A DNA stretch of 64,000 nucleotides from Bacteroidota bacterium (GTDB lineage Bacteria > Bacteroidota > Bacteroidia > AKYH767-A > OLB10), in contig JAHEKC010000005.1 of the NCBI GenBank assembly GCA_024638565.1, positions 519 to 64,518 on the forward strand, given 5' to 3'. Shown piece after piece: positions 31,231 through 39,449 of this stretch. Both the position numbers and the translations under genes were made by a program. Numbering within the stretch: the first letter of the stretch is position 1; each line of letters opens with the position of its first letter. The notes beneath the pieces were generated by a model. That model was given only the letters and a program-made list of their open reading frames with translations, made no database searches and was not told the origin of the DNA.

Positions 31231-31596
31231 ATTTCCCTTTTTTAATGTAATTATTCGGGCAGGATATTACCTGTTTCGATCGGTTGTTTGTTGCGAGCCA
31301 ATAGCCATCAGGGGTTGATGAGGTAGTGAATTGAGGGAGTTGTGATGCCAGAAACCAGGATTTTGGAGTCAGGAAATAGCGGTTCAATTGTTGAGGAGTG
31401 CAGAGGCTGAGGTTCTACCTTGCGGTCACTTTGACTACCCTTCGACTCCGCTCGGCGACCTGCATGTCGCTTCTTAAACAAATCTGACTTGCGCGGCGAA
31501 GTCCTGGCGAAGGATGGACAAAAGCGGACCGCTTGTTGATGGCAAGTATTAATTTCCGGTTTCCAAACCGGCCTCAACACGAACAAACCCTTATGC

Positions 31597-32025
31597 TCAC
31601 CTCTTCTTCTTCGTTTTCTCTTCCTCCGGGCACTGCGATTCGCTGATGACATCCTTGAACTGCCAAATGTCAGCGTTCGAGCAAAACATCCGGATAAAGC
31701 GTTTATCGAGCTGGTACAATACCTCGGTCTGCCTGTTGAGATTGCAGTAACCCCCGATCCATTTCATGGACTTATCCTTGTCCACGCTTTCCACCTGCCA
31801 GAAGCCGATATTCTTTGTATAAAAGTCCAGGTAGGAGTTTTCATCGCAAAAAGCCTTGAATTTTACGATCTGCTGGACGGCCTCGGCCTTCGTGTCACAG
31901 AGGGAAGTAATCCTGATAATGATGTAATTACCGAACAGGTCCTTGTCGGGAACAACATAAGATTGCTGTGCCTGGACGGAAAACACAGGGAAAAGGCAAA
32001 AAGCAGCCAACAGGAGCTTTTTCAT
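31597..32025 (-). CDS. Hypothetical secreted cysteine-rich protein
   Basis: 142 aa. Signal peptide MKKLLLAAFCLFPVFSVQAQQ. Six or more Cys residues. No recognisable domain. Confidence 0.5.
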   Translation of the reverse strand: MKKLLLAAFCLFPVFSVQAQQSYVVPDKDLFGNYIIIRITSLCDTKAEAVQQIVKFKAFCDENSYLDFYTKNIGFWQVESVDKDKSMKWIGGYCNLNRQTEVLYQLDKRFIRMFCSNADIWQFKDVISESQCPEEEKTKKKR

Positions 32026-32111
32026 GGGATGGCAGATTAGGGTTAACAGCCCCCAAGGTAGGAAAATCCCTAATTATAAGGACGAAAGAGCCCATTTGCG
32101 TGCATTTTTAT

Positions 32112-32119
32112 TATCTTTG
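32112..32119 (+). promoter_or_regulatory. Candidate Bacteroidota -7 promoter box (TAnnTTTG) for rpsU. A strong Shine-Dalgarno AGGAGG lies at 32133-32138.
   Basis: TATCTTTG lies 29 nt upstream of the rpsU ATG, and a TTG sits at 32096-32098. AGGAGG lies 9 nt upstream of the ATG. Most other genes in the window have no SD. Confidence 0.3.
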
Positions 32120-32147
32120 CAACCCTGCAAAAAGGAGGTATTAAAAC

Positions 32148-32345
32148 ATGATTATCGTACCACTCAAGGAAAACGAGACCATCGAAAAGGCCCTCAAGAA
32201 GTTCAAGAAGAAATTCGAGAAGACGGGGGTGATCCGGGAGCTGCGTTCCCGCCAGGCTTACGAGAAAAAGTCCGTAACCAAGCGCACCACCCTGAAAAAG
32301 GCCATCTACCGGAATATGATGCAGAAAAAGGAAAGCGGCATTTAA
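32148..32345 (+). CDS. rpsU: 30S ribosomal protein S21
   Basis: 65 aa, basic. MIIVPLKENETIEKALKKFKKKFEKTGV is classic bS21. Confidence 0.9.
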   Translation: MIIVPLKENETIEKALKKFKKKFEKTGVIRELRSRQAYEKKSVTKRTTLKKAIYRNMMQKKESGI

Positions 32346-32370
32346 TTTACCGCTGTTGCATCAACTTATG

Positions 32371-32395
32371 GCGCTGTATTCAGCGCTTTTTTTTT
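32371..32395 (+). terminator. Rho-independent terminator after rpsU
   Basis: GCGCTG-TATT-CAGCGC hairpin followed by T9. Confidence 0.55.
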
Positions 32396-32433
32396 GCCTT
32401 TTACTCATTTCTTGCTAAGTTTGAAATTCAGCC

Positions 32434-33324
32434 ATGCACGAGGCCGACAGGTTTATCAGGTACCTGAAGTTTGAAAAGAGGTACTCGGAACATACGCTTA
32501 CGGCCTACCGTAAGGACCTCGCGCAATTCTTCGATTTTGCGGTAAAGACTTACGAAGCAGAGCGCCCGGGTGACATCACCTATATGTTTGTGCGGTCCTG
32601 GGTGGTGCACCTGATGGACCGTGGGCTGAAGCCTCGCACGGTAAACAGGAAAATATCCACTTTGAAATCGTTTTTCGGATTCCTGCTGCGCGAAAAACGC
32701 ATCACCACTGACCCCATGGTCCGGGTGGTGGGTCCGAAGGCGGGTAAGAATCTTCCCGTTGTGGTCCGGGCCACCCAGATGGAAACCCTGCTCAATCATG
32801 ATGCTTTTCCTGATGACTTTTCAGGGATGCGTGACCGCTGCATAATCGAAACGCTGTACGGTACAGGCATGCGCAGGGCGGAGCTTTGTGGCCTGAAGCT
32901 GGATGACCTGGATACCCGGCAGCGAACGGTCCGGGTGCTGGGCAAGCGCAACAAGGAACGGATCGTGCCCCTGGGCCCTTCCCTGGCCAAACTATTGGGC
33001 AGGTACCTGAAGGAGCGTAAAAGCTTCATGCAGGACGCGGGGATAAATGCCGAATACCTGTTCCTGGAAAAAAGCGGTCCGGTAAGACCTGAAAAAGTAT
33101 ATGGCATCGTAAAGAAATACCTGTCTCTCGTTTCCACCGACAAGAAAAGGAGCCCGCACCTGCTTCGGCATACCTTTGCCACACATATGCTGGACAACGG
33201 CGCGGATATAAATGCCATCAAGGAATTACTGGGCCATGCCAGTCTCGCGGCTACCCAGGTATACACGCATAATTCAGCGGAAAAACTAAAGAAAGCGTAT
33301 AAGCAGGCGCATCCCCACTCCTGA
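32434..33324 (+). CDS. Tyrosine-type site-specific recombinase (XerC/XerD-like) embedded between rpsU and hpf
   Basis: 296 aa. N-terminal SAM-like core-binding domain (YLKFEKRYSEHTLTAYRKDL). Catalytic R...HxxR...Y motifs (HLLRHTFATH, LGHASLAATQVYTH). Confidence 0.8.
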   Translation: MHEADRFIRYLKFEKRYSEHTLTAYRKDLAQFFDFAVKTYEAERPGDITYMFVRSWVVHLMDRGLKPRTVNRKISTLKSFFGFLLREKRITTDPMVRVVGPKAGKNLPVVVRATQMETLLNHDAFPDDFSGMRDRCIIETLYGTGMRRAELCGLKLDDLDTRQRTVRVLGKRNKERIVPLGPSLAKLLGRYLKERKSFMQDAGINAEYLFLEKSGPVRPEKVYGIVKKYLSLVSTDKKRSPHLLRHTFATHMLDNGADINAIKELLGHASLAATQVYTHNSAEKLKKAYKQAHPHS

Positions 33325-33356
33325 ATCATCGCATCACCCAAAAGCAAACACGGAAT

Positions 33357-33659
33357 ATGTTCGTTAAGATACAGACAATCCATTTCGACGCCGACAGCAA
33401 GCTGACTGATTATGTCGAACAGAAGGTTAACAAGCTGGCCCATTACTACCACGATATCGTGGAATGCGAGGTATTCCTCAAGCTGGACCATTCCGATGAA
33501 CGGCAAAACAAGGTCGCGGAAATCAAGGTGCATTCACCAGGCAAAACCATGTTCGCGAAGGAGCGGTCGGCGACATTCGAAGAAGCCACGAACCAGGCCG
33601 TGGATGCCCTGCGCCGCCAGGTCAAGAAGCACAAGGAGAAGATCAGGAGGGGAATGTGA
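33357..33659 (+). CDS. hpf: Ribosome hibernation promoting factor (HPF/RaiA, short form)
   Basis: 100 aa. MFVKIQTIHFDADSKLTDYVEQKVNKL is the typical sigma-54 modulation/S30EA family N-terminus. Confidence 0.85.
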   Translation: MFVKIQTIHFDADSKLTDYVEQKVNKLAHYYHDIVECEVFLKLDHSDERQNKVAEIKVHSPGKTMFAKERSATFEEATNQAVDALRRQVKKHKEKIRRGM

Positions 33660-33709
33660 GTCGTTGGCGACAAACTGTGATCGGTAACGCGGGGTCGCTG
33701 ATTGTCCAA

Positions 33710-33733
33710 GTGGCAGTGGCAGCGGCAGCGGCA
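33710..33733. repeat. Hexanucleotide microsatellite (GYGGCA)x4, followed by (GTGATCA)x2 at 33742-33757
   Basis: Direct reading gives GTGGCA GTGGCA GCGGCA GCGGCA, followed by AGTGATCAGTGATCAGT. Confidence 0.6.
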
Positions 33734-33974
33734 GTCGAATAGTGATCAGTGATCAGTATTCTGTTGGCACGTCGCTGGAACATCCGTACTCATGTTGAGC
33801 GTTTTGCAGCGAGAAACAGTAGTTCCGGGCGGGCCAGGGTAATTTTAGGGGTGTCTTCAACCCTTTCCATGCCGCGTCCTTCAGGGCGCGGGCCACGAGT
33901 AATCAGTCCGGCAGTACTTACCCGGGAAGCATTGCTTCGTCCGTACTTTTTTCTAAGCAAAAGCATTGCATTTC

Positions 33975-34019
33975 GTTGAAGGTTGATAGTTGAGGTTTGC
34001 AGTTGCCTCAACCTTCAAC
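33975..34019. repeat. 12-bp perfect inverted repeat (GTTGAAGGTTGA / TCAACCTTCAAC) with a 21-nt loop; likely terminator or repeat-element terminus in a convergent intergenic region
   Basis: Positions 33975-33986 are the reverse complement of 34008-34019. An inner TTGAGG/CCTCAA pairing is also possible. The TCAACCTTCAAC motif recurs at 42811-42822. Confidence 0.6.
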
Positions 34020-34094
34020 TTTAAACATAACCTAAACTGCGAATCGCAAACTCCTGCCCGAACGCCGTAAAGCGGGCGGGGCGAACCACCAACT

Positions 34095-34589
34095 TCACCG
34101 CATCTGCTTCAGGTTAAGTGCATACAGGACGATAAAAAGCACACCGAAAAAGCCGGCCCCGCCGGCGCTCATCATGCCTGTCAGCCCGCTGCCCATGACG
34201 GCCAGCGGTGAAATGACCAGCACCGCAATACCCGCGACATAAAAACTGAACCCGAGTTTTCGCAGGTTCCACATCAAAATGGCACCGGAAAGGGTCAGGA
34301 TATTGGCAATTAATCCCAGGATACTGAGCTTGCGGATATTGCCCGGGGTAAGGTCCTCCGTTACGGAGCTGAAGATGGATTCCACGAAGCCGGGCACTTC
34401 TTCATCATCTTCCAGCTGCATTTGTGCTTCATCAATTGCTTCGCGCGCCAGGCTGCTCGCTATATCGGCGGATCCGTATTCAATGATGGAATCCACGACT
34501 CCCCAGCCACTTCCAATGAATGTAAGCACACAAATGACGGTGAGAAAGGTGGTGCGGGCCTTCGCGGGCGTAGGTTCGATCACTTCCAT
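34095..34589 (-). CDS. Hypothetical small membrane protein
   Basis: 164 aa. One N-terminal and about two C-terminal transmembrane helices, with an acidic central region (QLEDDEEVPGF). Confidence 0.5.
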   Translation of the reverse strand: MEVIEPTPAKARTTFLTVICVLTFIGSGWGVVDSIIEYGSADIASSLAREAIDEAQMQLEDDEEVPGFVESIFSSVTEDLTPGNIRKLSILGLIANILTLSGAILMWNLRKLGFSFYVAGIAVLVISPLAVMGSGLTGMMSAGGAGFFGVLFIVLYALNLKQMR

Positions 34590-34807
34590 GCCGGTACGTT
34601 TCGTTGGTTCGGATCCGCTAATTTAAGAGATTTATGATTGGTGCTGATGGCTGCCCATGTGAGGGAAACCGAGTAGCTTTGGATGGTGAACACTAATTGG
34701 TGATCCGTAATCCGTGATCTGAATTCCGTTCAATCAGACAAGTACCAAATTTCAAATCGCTAATCTCAAATCACTTTTTTTATAATTTAAAATTTGAATT
34801 CATATCC

Positions 34808-35599
34808 ATGTCCTACGCATTAGTCACCGGAGCCAGTCGCGGCATTGGCCGCGCCATCGCCCATGAGCTGGCGAGCCGCATGTACAATGTCCTTTTGGTA
34901 TCGCGTTCCGCCGACGAGCTCAAAACGATCGCGGCCGAACTGGAATCCAAATACGGTGCCGCATGCCATACCATGGCGGCCGACCTGTCCCGGCCGGAAG
35001 CCCCGGCAGGGGTGGCGGCCTGGATCCGCAAGGAGGAATACCCGCTGTCCGTGCTGGTCAACAATGCCGGCTATACGATCTGGAGCGAATTCGAGCATTC
35101 CTCACTCGAAGAGCAGTTTGCGATGCTGAACCTGAATATCCGTGCCAAGCTGAGCCTGACGCATGAGTTGCTGCCGGAACTCCGGAAACAACCAAGGGCA
35201 TATATCCTGAACGTGGCCAGTACATCGGCCTACCAGGCGGTACCCACCATGAGCACCTATGCCGCATCCAAGGCTTTTGTCATCATGTTCAGCCGGGCCC
35301 TGCGCATGGAGCTCGCCGGTTCCGGGATCTCCGTGTCATGCGTTTCGCCAGGCACTACGGATACCGACTTTATGAACCGTGCACAAATGGATGCACTCAG
35401 GGAAACGGCGGCTAAATTCAATATGAAGGCTGATCAGGTGGCCGCCATTGCGGTAAAGGGCATGCTGGCGGGGAAGGCGGAGATCATCCCGGGCGCCGTC
35501 AACTGGGTATCGGCGAAAATGACCTCGTTTCTGCCCAAGAAGCTTACTGAGAGCGTAGCGGCCGGTATCTACCTCGCGAAAAAGCGAAATCAGGGGTGA
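34808..35599 (+). CDS. SDR-family oxidoreductase
   Basis: 263 aa. TGASRGIG, NNAG and YAASK (YxxxK) motifs. Confidence 0.85.
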   Translation: MSYALVTGASRGIGRAIAHELASRMYNVLLVSRSADELKTIAAELESKYGAACHTMAADLSRPEAPAGVAAWIRKEEYPLSVLVNNAGYTIWSEFEHSSLEEQFAMLNLNIRAKLSLTHELLPELRKQPRAYILNVASTSAYQAVPTMSTYAASKAFVIMFSRALRMELAGSGISVSCVSPGTTDTDFMNRAQMDALRETAAKFNMKADQVAAIAVKGMLAGKAEIIPGAVNWVSAKMTSFLPKKLTESVAAGIYLAKKRNQG

Positions 35600-35759
35600 C
35601 TGTTGTGGTCACTCCTTCTTTGTTCGGTCACTGCGACTTCGTGGAATGACCCGCACTTTGCTTCTTAGTCGGATCCAACTGCCGATCCCGACATGCGTCG
35701 CGACTGCCACTGCCTCCTGCCGCTTGTTTCCATAATACCTGATCTTGCATTCAACCCGA

Positions 35760-35795
35760 CTGCTACTGCTACTGCTACTGCCACTGCTACTGCCA
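35760..35795. repeat. Hexanucleotide microsatellite (CTGCYA)x6
   Basis: CTGCTA CTGCTA CTGCTA CTGCCA CTGCTA CTGCCA. It is the reverse-complement class of the repeat at 33710-33733. Confidence 0.6.
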
Positions 35796-35845
35796 CTTTT
35801 TAAATGCACCTCCACCGCTGCCTTAAGCACCTAATCTGCCGCAGG

Positions 35846-36292
35846 CTAATTGAACACCCTCAACACCGTCCCGTCAAAATAGGTGCGGTAGCGGATCAGC
35901 GGCAATGTGGCGGGGCTGGCGATCACGCTGCCATCAGTGATCTGGAACCTGGAACCGCAACAACTATCCACGGCCGAGATACCGGTATCTTCCATTTCCA
36001 CGAGGGCGCATGAAGCATCCGGGTCGTACGTGCATGCCCTGTCGAAGGCCAGGAAATCGTCCTGGGTGAGCCTGAATATGATCAGGCCCTTGAGGCCTGC
36101 GGCACCGCCGCCGTAGTACATCCAGCCGTTGATTACCTTGAGGGGGAAAAAGGACGGGTCGGAAGCATACATGGTCACATCTACATACCCGCCGGTCAGC
36201 GACTTCTCGTCCTTGCCGCAGGAGAGGGCCAGCAGCAGGATCATGCCCGTAAGGAAAAGGGGAATCCGCTTGGTTATCATGACGCTATACAA
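35846..36292 (-). CDS. Lipoprotein with a Rieske-fold-like pattern but no His ligands; hypothetical
   Basis: 148 aa. Lipobox LLLALSCG. The pattern GW.YYGG...GLIIFR...AFDRACTYDPDASCALVE...CCGSRFQITDGSV...PA...LIRY...DGTVLRV resembles a Rieske/NirD-like beta-sandwich without CxH/CxxH. Confidence 0.5.
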   Translation of the reverse strand: MYSVMITKRIPLFLTGMILLLALSCGKDEKSLTGGYVDVTMYASDPSFFPLKVINGWMYYGGGAAGLKGLIIFRLTQDDFLAFDRACTYDPDASCALVEMEDTGISAVDSCCGSRFQITDGSVIASPATLPLIRYRTYFDGTVLRVFN

Positions 36293-36306
36293 AGGTAACC
36301 AATCAG

Positions 36307-36897
36307 TTGGCTAAATTTGTTCCGGTGATAGTGGAAAGAAGCATAATCATTTTAGGTATTGCCTGGGTGCTGACGGGATGTGCCGGCCATGACCCCGGTA
36401 CACTCCGGCTGGAGACACTCGACGGCAACAATGCAACTGTCGCTGACATTTCAGGCGCCCGCGCAACGATATTTGTATTCCTCGACCCTGTTTGCCCGTT
36501 GTCACAGAACTACACGAAAAACCTCGAGCAGCTGCACCAGGGATTTCGTGACGAAGGAGTCCTGGTGGCCGGCATATTCCCGGGCGACATTAGTGCCGTA
36601 CAAACGCGGGAATTCATTGAAAAGTACATGTGCTCGTTCCCGGCATACCTGGACCCAGACCTGGAACTGGTCCGTTATTTTGAGGCTACCGTTACGCCTG
36701 AGGCCATACTGGTTGAAAGGGAACTGCAGATCCGCTACCGCGGGTCCATCGACAACTGGGCCATTGACCTGGGCAAGAAGCGGCCCGTTGCTTCCGCGCA
36801 TTACCTGGAGGATGCCCTGAACGATCTGCTGGCGGGCCGTCCGGTGGCCATTTCGGAAACAAAGCCGGTAGGCTGTTTTATCGAGAGAATCAATTAG
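36307..36897 (+). CDS. Thioredoxin-fold lipoprotein (AhpC/TSA- or SCO-like, with a single-Cys CPLS motif)
   Basis: 196 aa. Lipobox LTGCAG. ATIFVFLDPVCPLSQ is a redoxin-like active-site region and a conserved His follows later (ASAHYLED). The stop lies 1 nt before the next gene's ATG. Confidence 0.55.
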   Translation: MAKFVPVIVERSIIILGIAWVLTGCAGHDPGTLRLETLDGNNATVADISGARATIFVFLDPVCPLSQNYTKNLEQLHQGFRDEGVLVAGIFPGDISAVQTREFIEKYMCSFPAYLDPDLELVRYFEATVTPEAILVERELQIRYRGSIDNWAIDLGKKRPVASAHYLEDALNDLLAGRPVAISETKPVGCFIERIN

Positions 36898-36898
36898 C

Positions 36899-38266
36899 AT
36901 GCAAACGGGAAAGCTGGGATTTGTCGCCGCATCAATGGCCACTATGGTGATAGCCGGATGTGCGGCCGAGCGCCAGACGGCCTATACGTTTACCGAGCAC
37001 ATTGCGCCCCTGGTGCATAAGAATTGCACGCCGTGCCACCGGCCGGGCGAAGCGGGGCCGTTCCCGCTGATCTCTTACCAGGATGTGCTGCGCAAGGCCC
37101 GCACCGTGCAACGTGTCACCGAAATGCGATTCATGCCTCCCTGGCCTGCCGACCGCGAGTACCGGCACTTCCTGTTCGAGCGCGGGCTTACCGATGAGGA
37201 AGTCCATATGATTGGCGAATGGGTGGAGGCCGGATGTCCGCCAGGCGATCCGGCGCATATGCCTGATCACCCCGTTTTCCCGAAAGGGTCCAAGCTTGGT
37301 GAGCCTGACATGGTGCTGAAAATGAAGGAACCGTTCACCATCCCGGGTGACAACCTCGATCATTTCATGGTGATCAAGATCCCGTTCGAGTTGCCGCAGG
37401 ATACCTTCATCCGCGCCATCGAGTATGTGCCGGGCAACCGCGCGCTTGTACATCATATGAACGGGCATCTTGTACAGTACGAAGACGGAAAGAAGCAAGA
37501 CGTCTTCTCGGGTGCGCATGTCACAGAACGCGATACGGCAGCGACACTGGAGAAGTGCTACAATGATATCAGCCTGCTCAACGACGACGGCAGCTACCCG
37601 CTGCTGACCATATCGGTGGCCAACTACCTGCCCGGGATGGATCCCATTGTCTTTCCAGAGGAGCTGGGAGGCTGGAAGGTCAGGAAGAAAGGCGTGTTCC
37701 TGATGCGCGACCAGCATTATGGTCCCACGCCCATACCGGCCATGGACCAGTCGTATGTGAACATTTTTTTCGACGATAAACCGCCGAGACGTCAGCCCAT
37801 GGAAACGCAGCTTGGCACCCTGGGTATTTCCGAGATCGTACCCCCGCTGGTCATTCCGCCGGATACGGTGATGACATTCAAAACACAGGCTGTCATCGAA
37901 AATGACATATCACTCATCAACATCAATCCGCACATGCATCTGCTGGGTAAAAGCTTCCTGGCATATGCGGTCACTCCACAAAACGATACGATCCCGCTGG
38001 TCCGTATCCCGGAATGGGATTTCAGGTGGCAGTACACCTATACCTTTTCACACATGCTCAAGATTCCGAGAGGATCGGTGGTAAAGGCTTTTGGAACATT
38101 CGACAACACGGTGAATAATCCTAACAACCCGTTTTTCCCGCCCCGCGAGGTTACAGACCGGATGCAGAGCATGAAAACGACGGATGAGATGTTCCAGTTC
38201 ATCATGACCTTTGTTCCTTACCAGGCGGGCGATGAAAACATCAGCCTTGATCCCGGGCTGAACTGA
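36899..38266 (+). CDS. Lipoprotein fusing a c-type cytochrome domain (CxxCH, PSCyt1-like) to a PHM/DBH-type type-II copper monooxygenase domain
   Basis: 455 aa. Lipobox VIAGCA. Heme-c motif NCTPCH with MPPWP...EVHMIGEWVEAGCPPGDP, as in planctomycete-type cytochrome c domains. The Cu(H)-site-like ALVHHMNGH matches PHM VHHMLLFGC; the Cu(M)-site-like NPHMHLLGKS plus a downstream Met (TDEMFQF) is present. Confidence 0.65.
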   Translation: MQTGKLGFVAASMATMVIAGCAAERQTAYTFTEHIAPLVHKNCTPCHRPGEAGPFPLISYQDVLRKARTVQRVTEMRFMPPWPADREYRHFLFERGLTDEEVHMIGEWVEAGCPPGDPAHMPDHPVFPKGSKLGEPDMVLKMKEPFTIPGDNLDHFMVIKIPFELPQDTFIRAIEYVPGNRALVHHMNGHLVQYEDGKKQDVFSGAHVTERDTAATLEKCYNDISLLNDDGSYPLLTISVANYLPGMDPIVFPEELGGWKVRKKGVFLMRDQHYGPTPIPAMDQSYVNIFFDDKPPRRQPMETQLGTLGISEIVPPLVIPPDTVMTFKTQAVIENDISLININPHMHLLGKSFLAYAVTPQNDTIPLVRIPEWDFRWQYTYTFSHMLKIPRGSVVKAFGTFDNTVNNPNNPFFPPREVTDRMQSMKTTDEMFQFIMTFVPYQAGDENISLDPGLN

Positions 38267-38365
38267 TACCATCCTGCCGGACAGGAGGGTAGATATTAAC
38301 AGCCAGATGTAACAATTCAGGGCACTTTCAGCCAAAACTCATCCGGCGGCATGTACTTTTGTTTC

Positions 38366-38668
38366 ATGTCTTTCAGAAGTAAAGTTCTCGTGACAGCGAC
38401 AACACTGTTGTGCACTTTAGCATTATCCGGTTTCGCACAGGAAGCCAAGGCGACCAAGGCACAGAAGAAAGCCGAAAAGAAGAAAGAGCAAAAGATTGCC
38501 AAAAGCCGCAAGGCCGACCTGAAAGGTAAAAGTCGTCACTACAAGCTGCAGGATAAAAAGACGCGCAAGCGGATGAAGAAGCACCGCAAACGTGTCAACC
38601 AGCATTATCCCGGCGACCGGCCGGGGTTTTTCAAACGGCTCTTTCGCAAAAAGCACCACTACATCTGA
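38366..38668 (+). CDS. Small secreted Lys/Arg-rich protein, hypothetical
   Basis: ATG at 38366 (MSFRSKVLVTATTLLCTLALSGFAQ signal peptide). The mature part is about 80 aa and roughly 45% K/R (KKAEKKKEQKIAKSRK...KRMKKHRKR). Confidence 0.45.
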   Translation: MSFRSKVLVTATTLLCTLALSGFAQEAKATKAQKKAEKKKEQKIAKSRKADLKGKSRHYKLQDKKTRKRMKKHRKRVNQHYPGDRPGFFKRLFRKKHHYI

Positions 38669-38815
38669 CATTTCGCTTTCGCGCGATGGCCGGTAGCACT
38701 GGCTAAAGCGGAAGACTACCGCGGTCTAAAACTTTTTCCTGACGCCCCTGCACCCCCGGCCCAAAGGGGCGCGCCGGCCCACGCATACTGCACCGACTGC
38801 CGCTTATTTCTAATT

Positions 38816-38843
38816 CAGGGCTTTATTCACAAAAACAGCCCTG
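38816..38843. terminator. Hairpin CAGGGCT-(14 nt)-AGCCCTG just downstream of the pseudouridine synthase gene
   Basis: 7-bp perfect stem. It lies 5 nt beyond the stop of the minus-strand gene. Confidence 0.35.
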
Positions 38844-38848
38844 CCAGC

Positions 38849-39448
38849 TCAAATGGATGATTGTTCCAATCGGAGGAGCCTGTACAACTCTTTCTTATCA
38901 TATTCCACCACGTCACCAGGCATCATACCCTGTGCGGACAACGATTCGATGGCTGTCCGCACCAGGCGCAGGGTGGGAAACCCCGCGGCACTTGTCATCT
39001 TACGCACCTGGCGGTGCTTGCCTTCGCGCAGCGTGATCTCCAGCCAGGAATCAGGGACAGTTTTCCGGAACCTGACCGGCGGGTGGCGGGGCGGTAGCCA
39101 GTCCGGGGCGCCCACGGGACGTGCCTGGCAGGGTGCTGTCCGGTAGTTTTTCCGGTTCACCCTGATATCCATGCCATTTTCAAGCAACCGCGTATGTTCC
39201 TTCGTGATGCGTCCTTCCACCTGTACATGGTATGAACGTGCATGGCCATGCGCCGGGTCCAGCAACAGGCTGTTCAGCGCGCTGTCGTTCGTGAGCACAA
39301 GCAGCCCTTCGCTGTCAGCATCCAGCCTGCCCACCGGGTAGACATCCTTCGGGAACCGATGCAGCGATGCCAGCGAGGGCCGGTCGCTGCCGGGCGAGAA
39401 TTGCGACAGCATCCTGTAGGGTTTGTAAATGACATAATACCTGTGCAT
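38849..39448 (-). CDS. Pseudouridine synthase (RsuA/RluB family core, no S4 domain)
   Basis: ATG at 39448 (MHRYYVIYKPYRMLSQFS). The catalytic-Asp motif VGRLDADSEGLLVLTND is present. Confidence 0.8.
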   Translation of the reverse strand: MHRYYVIYKPYRMLSQFSPGSDRPSLASLHRFPKDVYPVGRLDADSEGLLVLTNDSALNSLLLDPAHGHARSYHVQVEGRITKEHTRLLENGMDIRVNRKNYRTAPCQARPVGAPDWLPPRHPPVRFRKTVPDSWLEITLREGKHRQVRKMTSAAGFPTLRLVRTAIESLSAQGMMPGDVVEYDKKELYRLLRLEQSSI

Positions 39449-39449
39449 G

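Noticed and set aside
31231-31596. Possible tRNA, tmRNA or small ORF in the 366-bp gap after fbp
   Set aside because: There is no cloverleaf-compatible sequence (no GTTCGA-type T-arm). The track ORFs there (77 and 114 aa) are Arg/Ser-rich and overlap the neighbouring gene. The region instead shares motifs with the intergenic repeat family.
32434-33324. Tyrosine recombinase as evidence of an integrated mobile element
   Set aside because: There are no flanking direct repeats, cargo genes or tRNA target. It sits in the rpsU-hpf arrangement that I expect to be conserved in Bacteroidota chromosomes, so I treat it as a core gene.
33710-35795. Hexamer tandem repeats as a CRISPR array
   Set aside because: The units are 6 nt with no spacers. 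There are no cas genes. It is a microsatellite, not a CRISPR.
36932-37717. 261-aa minus-strand ORF inside the cytochrome c-copper monooxygenase gene
   Set aside because: It is antisense to a frame with coherent heme-binding and Cu-ligand motifs. No domain signal.
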